NCBI GenBank assembly: GCA_951406725.2
Contig: OX597819.1
Coordinates: forward strand, 47,430,001-47,494,000
Origin: Octopus vulgaris
Taxonomy: Eukaryota
Length of the DNA: 64,000 bases
Direction: 5' to 3'
Shown here: positions 1 to 11,607 of the stretch, one piece after another
Position numbering within the stretch: position 1 is the stretch's first letter
How the letters are laid out: every line of letters begins with the position of its first letter
Translations under genes and position numbers: made by a program
Notes under the pieces: model-generated
Database searches by the model: none
The model's input: only the letters and a program-made list of their open reading frames with translations
What the model was told of the DNA's origin: nothing

Positions 1-193
1 TGGATCAGCTCCTCACACTGACACAAGCACTTTGAAATTATATTTCTGATCATACAAACTACTTTGAATATCATTTTAGCAAGTTTGAAGTGATTTCTTT
101 TGTGCCATAAACCATTTACCATTTCTATGGTGCCCCCTTTTCTTTGATGCCCTAAGGAAATGCTTATTTTGTTAAATGGTTAATCCAGCCCTG
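1..193. mobile_element. End of non-autonomous DNA transposon (hAT-like), same family as 61683-62452
   Basis: Long shared sequence with ~61933-62452; ends in TIR-like taatccagccctg. Confidence 0.7.
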
Positions 194-371
194 AATCTAG
201 AGCACAGAGAGCCAAGATGGGCCCCCATGATTACCTGTCTAGGGCTTATTTGATTCTCCAATTCTTTTGGGAATTACAGAAACAAATAAGGTCCAGTCAA
301 GTACTGGGGATCAAATTTATCAGTTACTCTACCAAGAGTAGATATTTTATGAGTTATTAGAATAAACATAC

Positions 372-423
372 CTGAAGGACAGACGTATTCGGAGTGAGTA
401 ATTTCTTGTAAGAAACCTTTTGG
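372..423 (-). CDS. A2M/TEP-like exon (CUB start): PKGFLQEITHSEYVCPS
   Basis: ttcag acceptor, CAG|gtatgt donor, 52 nt; equivalent to 'PEG...E.T.S...CPS'. Confidence 0.9.
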
Positions 424-608
424 CTGAAGAAATGAAGAAAAAATAAGATTAAAAAACTTCATGTAAAATTGGTACCAGATATATAGTAAAAATAAGTAAG
501 TAATCCTCTATTTAAATTACAAAAATAGAAAAAAAAAACTTGATTTTTGGTTTTGAAGTGAGTGGTGAAAAAAAAATCAACAAATTATAAGAAATTAATA
601 TTACTTAC

Positions 609-710
609 CCTCATATTGATGAAAGCAGAGCTGGAATCAATCATTCCAATATAACGAGAATCGACAGTCTTTTTACTACATCTTCTATTATTAGGCAAAA
701 TAGATTTACC
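609..710 (-). CDS. A2M/TEP-like exon (MG7 end): GKSILPNNRRCSKKTVDSRYIGMIDSSSAFINMR
   Basis: tgcag acceptor, AGG|gtaagt donor, 102 nt phase 0 to 0. Confidence 0.87.
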
Positions 711-1428
711 CTGCAAACAAAGTGTTTAGACAAAAATATATCACGTTATTCATATCTTTTGAATAGGGAACCTCAGATAAAAACAATGTTTCCTAAGTTA
801 GTCAGCAGGTAGGGGCATTGCCTAAAATCTTTTTTAGATCCTCCCAGAGTAGTGAATTTGATACAGCTAATTCCTAGTCTGATTACCTGCAGGAAAACAT
901 GGACATGGAGAAACAACTGTGGATCAAATTTGAATGTTCACGGTAAAGTGCATTCTACTAAAGACACCAAAGGATCAGGTAATGGTGTTAATCTAAGTTG
1001 TGGGTTAGGATATGATTACAAATTAAATCTTTATTTTTTTTAGGCGAACAGTCCAGAAACTTTAGTGAGTTATATTTCAGTAAAAGCTTTTCTATAGTTA
1101 TGGGAAATTATACACATGTCTTTCCAAATTCAATGATATTTTTCGATATTAGTGTGCTACATAGAAGATATCTATAGCTGTTTTAGTTGTTGTGGTGTAG
1201 CTCCATTTCAACTCTGCCAAAACAAATGTGGTAAACAAGTAATTCCCCTAATGATGAAGTGTGACTCCATAGCTCTGTTGTTTCGGATACACCATACGTC
1301 TCTCTAGTTGAGATATATTCTAAACACTTTGACATGCAGTGATCGATTGAATGAGATATAGTGTGACAATATAGATGTGTATTCTCTCTACTGTACAATC
1401 TATTTTTGTATGATTGATGATGCTGGAA

Positions 1429-1553
1429 GGCAAGATGGACTTGGAAACAGGTAAAGTAAACTTGGAAGTAGGCAAGATGGATTTGGAAACAGCAATTTGG
1501 GCTTGGATGTAGGCAAGGTGGACTTGGAGACAGGTAAAACAAACTTGGAGGTA
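1429..1553. repeat. Minisatellite, about six 21-bp units (ggcaagatggacttggaaaca / ggtaaagtaaacttggaagta)
   Basis: Directly visible tandem units. Confidence 0.85.
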
Positions 1554-1719
1554 GTTGCTATGCCATTCCACTGAAGTGGTTGATCAAGAGAATGGAGATC
1601 TCTAGAAAAAAAGTTGTTACATTTATTCTTGGGAGCCAATTCCCATCCTCATACAAATTAAAATGTGTTTGTGAAAATTATGAATTAAAAACAAAAACAA
1701 AAACAAAAACAATGTAGCA

Positions 1720-2065
1720 CCATTAACTTACAGGAACAGTTTTCACAATCAGAATTGTTAAAGCATGGAACAAAATACCACAACCATTGTTAGCAGTTAG
1801 AATACTATATCCCTTAAAAATTCTATGCTTTCTGAAATTTGCCAACATCTAGCATGCTTATGTATCTTTTCCTCTTTAAGGCTCTTTCACTGTTTAATTT
1901 TCTTCTTGTGTCTTATCTGGTGTACTATGCATATACTTTTAGCTATTATTGCTGTTTTCCTTTCTTTACTTGACTTATCGCAGCTTTCAATCACCTCTTT
2001 TACTTTTGCCAATGAATTTTAGTACACCTGAGCACTGTATGCAATGAACTTATTAACTGTTATAA
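1720..2065 (+). mobile_element. CR1/L2-like LINE 3' end fragment
   Basis: Translates to 'F.IRIVKAWNKIP', the C-terminal RVV..WN.LP motif, followed by a 3' UTR. Confidence 0.55.
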
Positions 2066-2240
2066 ATAGGCACATATGTGCATGCACTTATACACATTTA
2101 CATCCATATAAATGCATATATTACTTGTTAAAATATGAAATATAGGGAAACCTTCATCAAAAGTCATTTACCTGTTTGTTAACTGCTAAAAATATATGTG
2201 CATACACTCACATGTGCACGCATGCACACACACACACACA

Positions 2241-2443
2241 CAAGGGAATGCTGAAAAGTTCCTTGTTTTGGGTAACAGAAAATACAGGAGGATTTTATTC
2301 AACATATTTCCCTCTCAGATTCTCACATTTATTGCAGTAGTCCTTCAGTTTTTCTAAGCCCTATAAAAGAACTTGGAAGGTTGGGCCTTCAACCAGGCCT
2401 TTCACAATACCCTTAAAGCTAGGAACTTTTCTGCATCTCCTCG
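2241..2443. mobile_element. Mariner-derived MITE
   Basis: TIRs caagggaatgctgaaaagttcct / aggaacttttctgcatctcctcg followed by TA. Confidence 0.75.
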
Positions 2444-2568
2444 TATGTATACCATACAATCATTTATATCTGTTGGAAAAGTCTCAAAAAAGCAAAACCC
2501 CCAATTTTTTTTTTAGTTATCTACCAAACCTCTCCACTGCTGAAAAATAAATCAAAACAAGGGCTTAC

Positions 2569-2718
2569 CTGTACTGTAACATTAATTACACCAATGGGGA
2601 GGTCATTTAAGTAAATGTTGGTAGTAATATATTCTTCTTTACAGAGACAAGACACTGGCCCTTTGATTTCTTTTGGTGTCTTTTCTGAGTTACTTGACAC
2701 CTTCACTCGTAACCCTAT
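2569..2718 (-). CDS. A2M/TEP-like exon (MG7): IGLRVKVSSNSEKTPKEIKGPVSCLCKEEYITTNIYLNDLPIGVINVTVQ
   Basis: 150 nt phase 0 to 0, CAG|gtaagc donor; CLC and 'G..NVTV' motifs. Confidence 0.92.
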
Positions 2719-5376
2719 CTATCAAAGGAATAAACAGAATGGAACATAAACATTTAGCAAAGGAACATTGTTGGTCTTTGAGAAAGTTTTTTTTTATGGA
2801 CAGCTAAAGTGAGAAACATAAGCAATTCAAGTTTAGGACAGGTCTGAAGTATTGTAGTCATCAATCTTAATTTTTTTCTTGTTTAGTTTGTGCATAGAGC
2901 AGTGTTCATGGCCTATGAAGGTTTTTCCGGACAAGTGAGATCGATGCGGCTGATGTCCAGTCTAAACATTTGAATTGTCTATGTCTGAAAGAAAATGTAG
3001 CCAAGGAAATACTTAAAGATCCAGTTTATCAAGATCCTCTTGATCCTTTGGTGTTAAATGAATGCAAAGGACCAAGAGGGTCTTGATAAACCAGGTGATG
3101 TGTCAGGCCTGTCATAACCTTTACCCCTTAGCCAAAGAGAATTTAAAACAGTTCATGGTGTTTTATCATGATGCAAGCACAAGAAAATTTGCTCTGCTGT
3201 GAGGTCAGATCCCCTTTTACTCTGGGGTTGATCATTTTCACATTGGAGTGAGTGACCAAGGTTCTTGGATGACTTTGCTTTGCTGTAAAATACAACTACA
3301 GCACAAAATTTTAATTAAATTTAGTTCGCTGGTTATTATTTTTGAGTATTTCTAATTAGCACTACTTGAGTAGACTTATAAGATAATTGTAGCTGAACTG
3401 ACCAAATGTTTGGAGTAATTCATTGGTCTTCATTCTCATTTAGTGTGTTGTCACAGTCAAAGGATCCTGATATCTTGCATTTTCAAAATTTGGGTCTAAT
3501 AACTGCAAGACGCTGCTATGCAACAAGCACAGCACATTTTCAGCTATGTGAACTGGAGGAATGTGATATAAAGTGCCTAGTCAAAGGACAAAACATATGT
3601 GGCCCAAGAATTTAGCCCACAACCATATGATCAGGAGTACAACAGTTTAACTATATGATGATCAGATATCACATTTATTTTGACTACAGCTTCTCTTACC
3701 AAAGATGTTTATGCAAGTTGCAAGCTAGACATAGTTGGTGAACTTGACTGGAATATTTATCTTGATGCTATAAAACATTAGAGAAGGGGACCCCTAGTTG
3801 CATAATAAAAATTCTATCTTTCAGATATTTTATTATAAATTTTTAAAGTTGCTTTGTAACACTGTCCTTAATCCTTTTCATAGCCATACTTTTAATGAAA
3901 TACACTACCCATATGTTTCAATTAATTCAGAAAAAAATCTCAAGAATTTGGAGGGATTTAGAAAAATAAACTTTGTTGCTGTTAAACTTGTGATTAGAAC
4001 ATAACTTAAAATGTTCTTACATAAAATTACGGAAGGCTTAAATTTAGATATAAACACTTTAAAACTAGGATAGTTTTGTATCATAAAACTAGTGGTAGTT
4101 TTGTATAGTATCAAAAGCATTATGGCATTTTAGAATTCCATATTTCCAGGTTGTATTGGAAACCTTTTACTAAATCGAAGGATACAGGAACATCATATTC
4201 TTTGTTCATAAAAGCATTGTTTCTTACTTATATTGTCACATGACTCAGAAGATCAATGCTGTTTTGCTGATTCCTGAATCTACACTAAATATTAGTGGGA
4301 ATATTATTTTGTTCCTAAACTCAGATCAGCCAATCAGAAGGTTCATAAATCAGAAGCTAATCAGAGTGTCATGGTTTGATACAAAGGAAGAGGCTGTGCT
4401 GATGGCTATTGTAGACCCTCTGAGATTGGTGAAACTGACACAGAGGCTTTTTCCATTGCTGGTATGATAGATATGTTATATACAAATGTGTAGCATATTA
4501 AATACTGTAATGTATGTCTGTGTCTGTATATTTCTCACAGTACATATCCAAATTGCTTCCAAGTTGTTATGTACTGTGAGAAATATAATTAATTAGATGG
4601 TAAATTCTTTCAAAGGCAGCAATACATAATGTTCATTTTCGCTAATATTATTTTCATTTACCATCAAGTTCCACCGAGGTCGACTTTGCCTTTCATCCTT
4701 TTGGGGGTCAATAAATTAAGTACCAGTTGCATACTGGGGTCGATCTAATCTACTGCCCACCCCTCCACAAAAGTATGGGGTCTTGTACCTAGAGTAGAAA
4801 AGATTATCTTCATTTATCACATGCAATGGAAAAATAAAATTCGCATTTTCTATCTTTTCAGATAATTTGAATCCTGTAAAGAAAACTGAAACAAGTGTCT
4901 TGCCTGAGAACGTGGTACAATGCTTGCAGTTGAAGACAAACTTCTGACCCCACTAATCAATTATGATAAAAACTCATATATGAGCATCTAATCTATTTCT
5001 CCGTCATACATCTAAAACTGATAACAATAACAACTGTAAAACACATGGCTGAGATTGTTCAGCTTATTGAGTAAAGAATATGAAGTAGAACAATGATAAG
5101 ATTATTTAGTCAATAGAGTAAAAGAGAAAAAAACAAAGAAAAACTATTTTTGTTGTCTCTTCAAGGAGAGCTGGAATTTGTTGAATATCTAATAAAAAGA
5201 TGAATGTTAAGATGTTTAAGAGGGATGACAAAATCCTTAACAGACTAAAAAAAATTAATAAATAAAATAACAAAAACTTGACAATGTAGGGAAAATGTTT
5301 CAAATCTACGAAATGTATTTTTCAGAAGAATAAAAAAAAAGAAAAAGAAAGAAAATATAACAAAAAGGATACTTAC

Positions 5377-5605
5377 AGTAAGGCATTTCTTGATATTCGA
5401 TTGTATAGTTATGCTTATAGGAATCTTTTCCCCAGCAATGCCAGTGTATGGCATTATATAAGAAATGGAAAATGGTTGAAAGACAGAAATGGTAGGCAAA
5501 GCTAACAAGCCAAGGCCATCAGTTTCACTGGAACAGAACACATTCCCAATCCATTCTGTTGCTGGGCTTGGTGCTTTGGTTTTCAGCAGTAATTTTTCAT
5601 TTTTT
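5377..5605 (-). CDS. A2M/TEP-like exon (MG6/MG7): KNEKLLLKTKAPSPATEWIGNVFCSSETDGLG...VFQPFSISYIMPYTGIAGEKIPISITIQSNIKKCLT
   Basis: 229 nt phase 2 to 0, gtaagt donor; inside ORF 5245..5670; motifs TEW...FC.S...GLG and VFQPF. Confidence 0.95.
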
Positions 5606-5676
5606 CTAGAATGATGCAAAGAAAATTTTGAAGAACAGTTAAAAAAATTTGACATACTTACAATACTCACTATCCT

Positions 5677-6075
5677 TTACTCTCCTTACTCTTTTAACTC
5701 TTTTACTTGTTTCAGTCATTTGACTGCAGTCATGCTGGAACAATGCCTTTAGTCAAGCACATTGACCCCAGGACTTATTCTTTGTAAGCCTAGTACTTAT
5801 TCTATCAGTCTCTTTTGCCAAACCGCTAAGTTACGGGGATGTAAACACACCAGCATCAGTTGTCAAGCGATGTTGGGTGGACAAACATACACATACACAC
5901 ATATACATATATACAACGGCTTCTTTCAGTTTCCGTCTACCAAATCCACTCACAAGGCTTTGGTTGGCCCAAGGCTATAGTAGAAGACACTTGCTCAAGG
6001 TGCCCCACAGTGGGACTGAACCCGGAATCATGTGGTTGGTAAGCAAGCTACTTACCACACAGCCACTCCTGCACC
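5677..6075 (-). mobile_element. tRNA-derived SINE family A (~400 bp)
   Basis: Near-identical to copies at 14763, 26611, 45937, 49058, 60010; A/B-box-like head (tggctgtgtggtaag...gggttcagtccc), CORE-like ggcaccttgggcaagt, (gagtaaaa)n tail. Confidence 0.85.
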
Positions 6076-6312
6076 TATATTTTTTATTTGTTTCAGTCAT
6101 AAGACTGCAGCCATGCTGGGGCACCATCTTGAACGGTTTGGTTGAACAAAACCAACCCCAGTATTTATTTTTTAAGCCTGGTATTCACTTTATCGATCTC
6201 TTTTGCCAAACTGCTAAGTTATGATTATGTAAACATACCAACACTGGTTGTCAAGTGGTGTGCGTGTGTGTGTGTGTAGATTGTTTGAAGTAGCGTGCAA
6301 ATTTTATATATT

Positions 6313-6455
6313 AAGAAAAAGGAGGTAGACAGAATTTTGGATAATTATTTATTTAGCGCTTTCATCACATTTCAGTGATTCAGCTTATGAATCTCTAAAA
6401 CGAGATGAAAGCACTAAATAAATATATTATTCAAAATTTTGACTACCTCTTTTTA
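6313..6455. repeat. Inverted repeat (~70-bp arms) with degenerate hammerhead motifs
   Basis: gaggtagacagaattttggataat...ttcatcac vs gagatgaaagcactaaat...aaaattttgactacctc; GAAA-GCGC-UA motif. Confidence 0.8.
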
Positions 6456-6473
6456 CTTTTTATAAATTATGTG

Positions 6474-6506
<33 letters not shown>

Positions 6507-6508
<2 letters not shown>

Positions 6509-6795
6509 TTTACTCTTTTACTTGTTTCAGTCATTTGACTGCGGCCATGCTGGAGCACCACCTTTAGTCGAGCAAATCGACCCCGGGACTTATTCTTTGT
6601 AAGCCCAGCACTTATTCTATCGGTCTCTTTTTGCCGAACCGCTAGATGACAGGGACGTAAACACACCAGCATTGGTTGTCAAGCGATGGTGGGAGGGGAC
6701 AAACACAGACACACAAACATATACACACACATGCATATATATATATACACATATATACGACAGGCTTCTTTCAGTTTCCGTCTACCAAATCCACT
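6507..6795 (-). mobile_element. SINE family A, 5'-truncated
   Basis: Matches the 3' two-thirds of family A. Confidence 0.8.
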
Positions 6796-7394
6796 TTATG
6801 TACCTATTTATTGACATATAAGGATAGTTTAATATATATTTTGATAACCTTAACACTGATTATATTTTGCTTGCAAAGAATACTTTACCATTCACTTTTA
6901 TGTAATTTCAATTACAAATCACAGAGGAATTTAAACTTCCTAAACAAAACTTATATGATTTGAAAAGTATGTAATGCATTGTTTCATAACAGTGTCACCA
7001 GCATCTCTTTTAGCCTTTTATTTTTCTTTTCTTGAAAGCCAGCAAAAGAAATACAGACTGTTATTATGCTAATGTTCTTTATACTATAACAAGAAAGGGA
7101 AAAGAAACAGAGAGAGGGAGGGAGAGAAGGAGTTGCACCATTTCGTGACACATGCAGTCTGCTTGTAGTTTCTATGGGATTTACATAATGCTGACCAAAC
7201 CTGAAGCATGTTTTATAACTTAGGTTATATTTTGTTGTTGATGTTACAAAACAAGAACACGAAGCAGAACCATACTGAAATAATATAGCAAACACACATA
7301 CTACACATGTTTTTATAAATGTATTTCTAAGAATAGCATGGCAAAGTGTCCTTTATTGGCAGTGTTATGTTGAAAAGCACCAAAACTTGATTCC

Positions 7395-7447
<53 letters not shown>

Positions 7448-7448
<1 letters not shown>

Positions 7449-7755
7449 CATCATCATCATCATCGTTTAATGTCCACTGAAAGTGCTGTCATGGGTTGGA
7501 CGGTTTGACTGGGGACTGGTGAGCCACAAGCAGCACCAGGCTCCAGTCTGATCTAGCAAAGTTTCTACAGCTGGATGAACTTCCTAACGCCAACCACTAT
7601 GTGAGCATAGTGGGTGTTTTTACATGCTACCTGCACAGGAGCCAGTCTGGCGGCATTGGCAACAACCATGCTCAAATGTTGTTTTTCACATGCCACCAGC
7701 ACATGTGCCAGTAAGCCGAAGCCGGCAACGATCATGCTCGAATGGTGCTTTTCAT
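7448..7755 (-). mobile_element. RTE-LINE 3'UTR-related repeat family B with (GAT)n tail
   Basis: Shared with 29190, 34350, 43300, 46655, 50190; starts (cat)n-cgtttaa. Confidence 0.75.
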
Positions 7756-7854
7756 ATATATATATAGTAAATATTTGCTTGTTTTAATGGTATTGATAGT
7801 TAGGTTCCAATAAGAAGATTTCTCCAATAAAAATCACTTCCTAATGATTTAAAT

Positions 7855-8460
7855 AAAAAAAACCTAACACTCCTGGGGGAGAAACTAGAAATAGTTGATA
7901 GTTTCCGCTACCTAGGTGACCAAGTTAGTAGTGGGGGTGGATGCTCAGAGAGTGTTACCACTAGAATAAGAATAGTCTGGGCAAAGTTTAGAAAGCTCCT
8001 ACTCCTACTGGTGACAAAGGGTCTCTTGCTCAGAGTGAAAGGTAGATTGTACGACGCATGTGTGCGAACTGCCATGCTTCATGGTAGTGAAACATGGGCT
8101 GTGACTACAGAGGACATGCATAGGCTTGAAAGAAATGAAGCTAGCATGATCTGCTGGATGTGTAATGTCAGTGTGCATACATGACAGATTGTAAAGGCCC
8201 TGAGAGAAATGCTGGACATAAGCATTGGATGTGGCGTGCAAGAGAGATGTCTGCGCTGGTATGGTCATGTACTATGGATGGGTGAGGAGAGATGTGTGAA
8301 GAAGTGCCACTCCCAAACAGTTGAAGGAATCCGGGGTAGAGGTAGACCCAGGAAGATATGGGATGAGGTGGTCAAGCATGACCTTCGAACGTTGGGTCTC
8401 AAAGAGGCAATGACGAAAGACCGAGACCTCTGAAGATATGCTGTGACTGCGAAGACCCAA
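7855..8460 (+). mobile_element. RTE-clade LINE fragment (RT C-terminus), decayed
   Basis: LEIVDSFRYLG, GRLYDACVRTAMLHGSETW, LRWYGHV...VEGIRGRGRPRK motifs with stops. Confidence 0.9.
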
Positions 8461-8934
8461 CAAATAACGTGAGTTCATGGCTGTTTCCTGCACCAGCTTC
8501 ACATAGAAGCCCCAGTAGTGCTTATTGACAACAGATAGACCTGACTAGTGGACTCTGTTTCTTCCATAAGGACTGAAAGAACATGCACTCCAATCTGCTC
8601 AAGAGTTTCTTAAGACAAGGCATAGTGGTTAGGAGGGAGTAAATTGCTGAAGCAACATAGCTGTCAGCTATTTTTGCTTAGCTTCTCACTGACAATACCT
8701 TCTCAGTCTATTTTTGAGTGAGACTGGCCACTTTGCTCAAGCACAAGGCTTCAGAGAAGATATAATCTTTTGGTTTTCATTGATAAGATCCACTCACAAC
8801 TCTTTGTCCAGCCTGGGGCTATAATAAAAGATACTCGTCCAAGGTGCAACACAGTGAGACTGAACCTGACACCATGTGGTTAGGATGCAAACTTCTTAAT
8901 TACACAGCCATACCAATGCCTAACAAGGATAAAT

Positions 8935-9378
8935 GTTTCTAGTATTGGCACAAGGTCTGAAATATGAAGAGAGGGGTTAATCAATTATATTAGTATCAGT
9001 ACTTGACTGGTATCTTATTTTACTGACCCCTATGAGGATGAAAGGTTAAGTTGACCTCAGTAGGATTTGAACACAGAATACAAACAGTTCTAAATATCAC
9101 AAGGCATTTTGTCTAATACTGCAATGATTTTGCTAACAGATGATGATGATGATGATGATGACAATTCTTTCTACAATAGGTACAAAGTCTGAAATTTTTG
9201 GGGAGGGGGTCAGTTGATTACATCAACACCAGTACTCAGCTGGTACTTATTTTAGTGACCCTGAAAGGATGAAAAGCAAAGTCAGCCTTGGCAGAATTTG
9301 AACTTAGAATGTAAAGATGGACGAAATGCCACTAAGCATTTTGTCTGGTGTGATAACCATTCAGCCAGCTCATTGCTT
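8935..9378 (-). mobile_element. Two copies of SINE family C
   Basis: Reverse complement of gagttcaaattc..gaggtcgactttgcctttcatcc..aagtaccagt consensus. Confidence 0.7.
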
Positions 9379-9391
9379 TGATGATGATATC

Positions 9392-9430
<39 letters not shown>

Positions 9431-9442
9431 TCAAGATAATTA

Positions 9443-10056
9443 ATAATAAAATCAAAACCACTGACAAATGGCATAAACACCATCCAGAAGCTGTGACTGA
9501 GGGAGAAAATGTGTCGATTCTCTGGGACTTCCCCGTACATACTGACAAAACTATAAAAGCTAATAAACCGGATATTATTATAAAAGATCAGACAAAAAAG
9601 GTGTGTTTATTAATTGACACGAGTATTCCTTGCGATCACAATATAGCGTCAAAAGAATTTGACAAGATCAGTAAATATAAAGACTTGCTAATAGAAATTG
9701 AAAAAATGTGGCATCTCAAGGCGACTACAGTACCAGTGATTATAGGATCTCTAGGAATGATAAAAAAAAAGCTACTGAAACCTATTTGAAAATGATACCA
9801 GGCTTACAATCCCTACAGGAAGTGCAAAAAATCGTGTTAACTGGAACGACTCATGTACTGAGAAGAGCATTATCGCTGTGAAAACAACATCCATTCATGA
9901 ATTTTTTATTTATTAATTTTTTAAATACATATTTTACCTATGAATTTGCGTGTGTAATCTGGGAATGCATACAATGAGCTTTTCTGCCCTAGGTGTAGGG
10001 AAAAAACTCAGCAAGAAATGGAAGAAAATTTGAAGAAAGAAGGAAAAAAAAAAATA
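9443..10056 (+). mobile_element. R4/Dong-clade LINE 3' end (restriction-like endonuclease) inserted at an (AAT)n tract
   Basis: ORF 9493..9789 ILWDFPVHTDKTIKANKPDIII...LIDTSIP...KEFDKISKYKDL...VPVIIGSLG is an RLE domain; A-rich tail; (AAT)n at 9392-9430. Confidence 0.9.
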
Positions 10057-10061
10057 ATCAC

Positions 10062-10197
10062 CTAGTTTCTAGATCTTTCCATAACCATGTTTCTGAAAAG
10101 TAATCTAATATTCCAAATCTTTCTTCTGGCATGAAAGCGTCTTCTGCAACACTTGTATCAGTTGTCGTTGTTTCAGGAACATTATAAAACTGCTCCC
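10062..10197 (-). CDS. A2M/TEP-like exon (bait region end): WEQFYNVPETTTTDTSVAEDAFMPEERFGILDYFSETWLWKDLET
   Basis: 136 nt phase 1 to 2; YFSETWLW equals the conserved FPETW(L/I)W motif. Confidence 0.93.
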
Positions 10198-10306
10198 CTG
10201 AAATAAAACAACACTAAAAGATTATGAAATAGAAACAGTTATTCTTACTTATAGAAGTTTCCATTATGAATCTTAAACTAAAATAAATACAAAACAAATC
10301 ACTTAC

Positions 10307-10412
10307 ACAACACATCAGTTGCTTCTTTACTCGGAAGATCAACTGGGGCTTGTAGCCAAGTGCATGGTCGGGTTTCCAGGTTAATATCAGAGATAAGTGT
10401 TAGTCCAGAACT
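10307..10412 (-). CDS. A2M/TEP-like exon (start of bait region): SSGLTLISDINLETRPCTWLQAPVDLPSKEATDVL
   Basis: 106 nt phase 0 to 1, gtaagt donor; invertebrate A2M motif GL...SD..LETRPC. Confidence 0.93.
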
Positions 10413-10884
10413 CTGAAAAGTATGGAAATACAAAATAGGATCAGGGCAAAAATCAATGAACAAACTATTTTCTTATATCTATAAGAACTCTGTACTGCAA
10501 ACTGCTAATGAGATTTTTATCAATACCAATCATATATTCCACACAGTTTAATATAAAATTTGAGAGTTGATTTGTTACAAATTATTGATTTATTTGAGAC
10601 AAATATAAGGACAAATTTTTTAAGTTATGGATAAAGTCGATAAAATCTATTCAGAAGTAGGCTGTTTCAAATTAAATACTTCACAATTTAGAAAAAAAAA
10701 AAAGAAAAGAAAAAAAACAGCATTTTACTTTTATATTAGAATTTAAAATCTGGTATAGGCTACGTTTAATGAAAATATCCATCTATGTAGCATAATGTAT
10801 ACACTCTGTAAGTAGGGTAGGCAGTTAGTACAGTATTTGTTCTACAATAACATCTCTTACGGAACTGTGTTAAAATCACAGTAA

Positions 10885-10888
<4 letters not shown>

Positions 10889-10960
<72 letters not shown>
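10889..10960. repeat. (GA)n microsatellite
   Basis: Direct. Confidence 0.98.
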
Positions 10961-10962
<2 letters not shown>

Positions 10963-11539
10963 TTTCAGCAGAGGCCAGCAAGTACACCAGTTGCATTTCA
11001 ACCTTTTCAACACATATCTATGGCTTTGGTCCTCCGTTGGTTATGATGATAAATGTTCCAGTTGATAGAATCAAACCAAACAGCCTGCTCATGAAATTAA
11101 CATGCAAATTAGCTGAGCACTCCACAGACACGCATACCTTTAACATAGTTCTCAGGGAGATTCATCAGGACACAGAGTGTGCTAAGACTTGCCCGTTGAA
11201 TTACAGGTGCAACTCATTTTTGTCAGCTGAGTGGAGTGGAGCAATGAAAAATAAAGTGTCTTGCTTAAGGACACAATACGCCACTAGGAGCTGAACTTAT
11301 GACCTTAAAATCAGATGAATACCCTAGCTACTAAACCACATGATTCCACAAACAATGCACAAAATTAAAAATGTAAATAAATATTCCTCATGATTAATTT
11401 TACCATTTCTAAAACTGACTATTGTCATCCACTTCTCAATATATTTTAAGGATCCGAGATATAATGGTTGAAATATTGACCAAGAATTTAAACCTTACCA
11501 AAGTATTGTGCCCTGAGCAAGGTACACAACCTTACTTAC

Positions 11540-11607
11540 CTTGAGAAATGAGTGGAAGAAAGCACCTGTGATTCCTGATGCAGGAAACATTAAGAATGAA
11601 GTGGATA
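11540..11607 (-). CDS. Candidate alternative (mutually exclusive or poison) 68-nt exon: VSTSFLMFPASGITGAFFHSFLK
   Basis: tttttttag acceptor, AAG|gtaagt donor, same length and phase as exon 15225-15292, open in that frame; no transcript evidence. Confidence 0.3.

Noticed and set aside
5762-6224. Recurrent ORFs such as 'TGFFQFPSTKSTHKALVGPRL'
   Set aside because: Translations of SINE family A repeated at many loci, not genes
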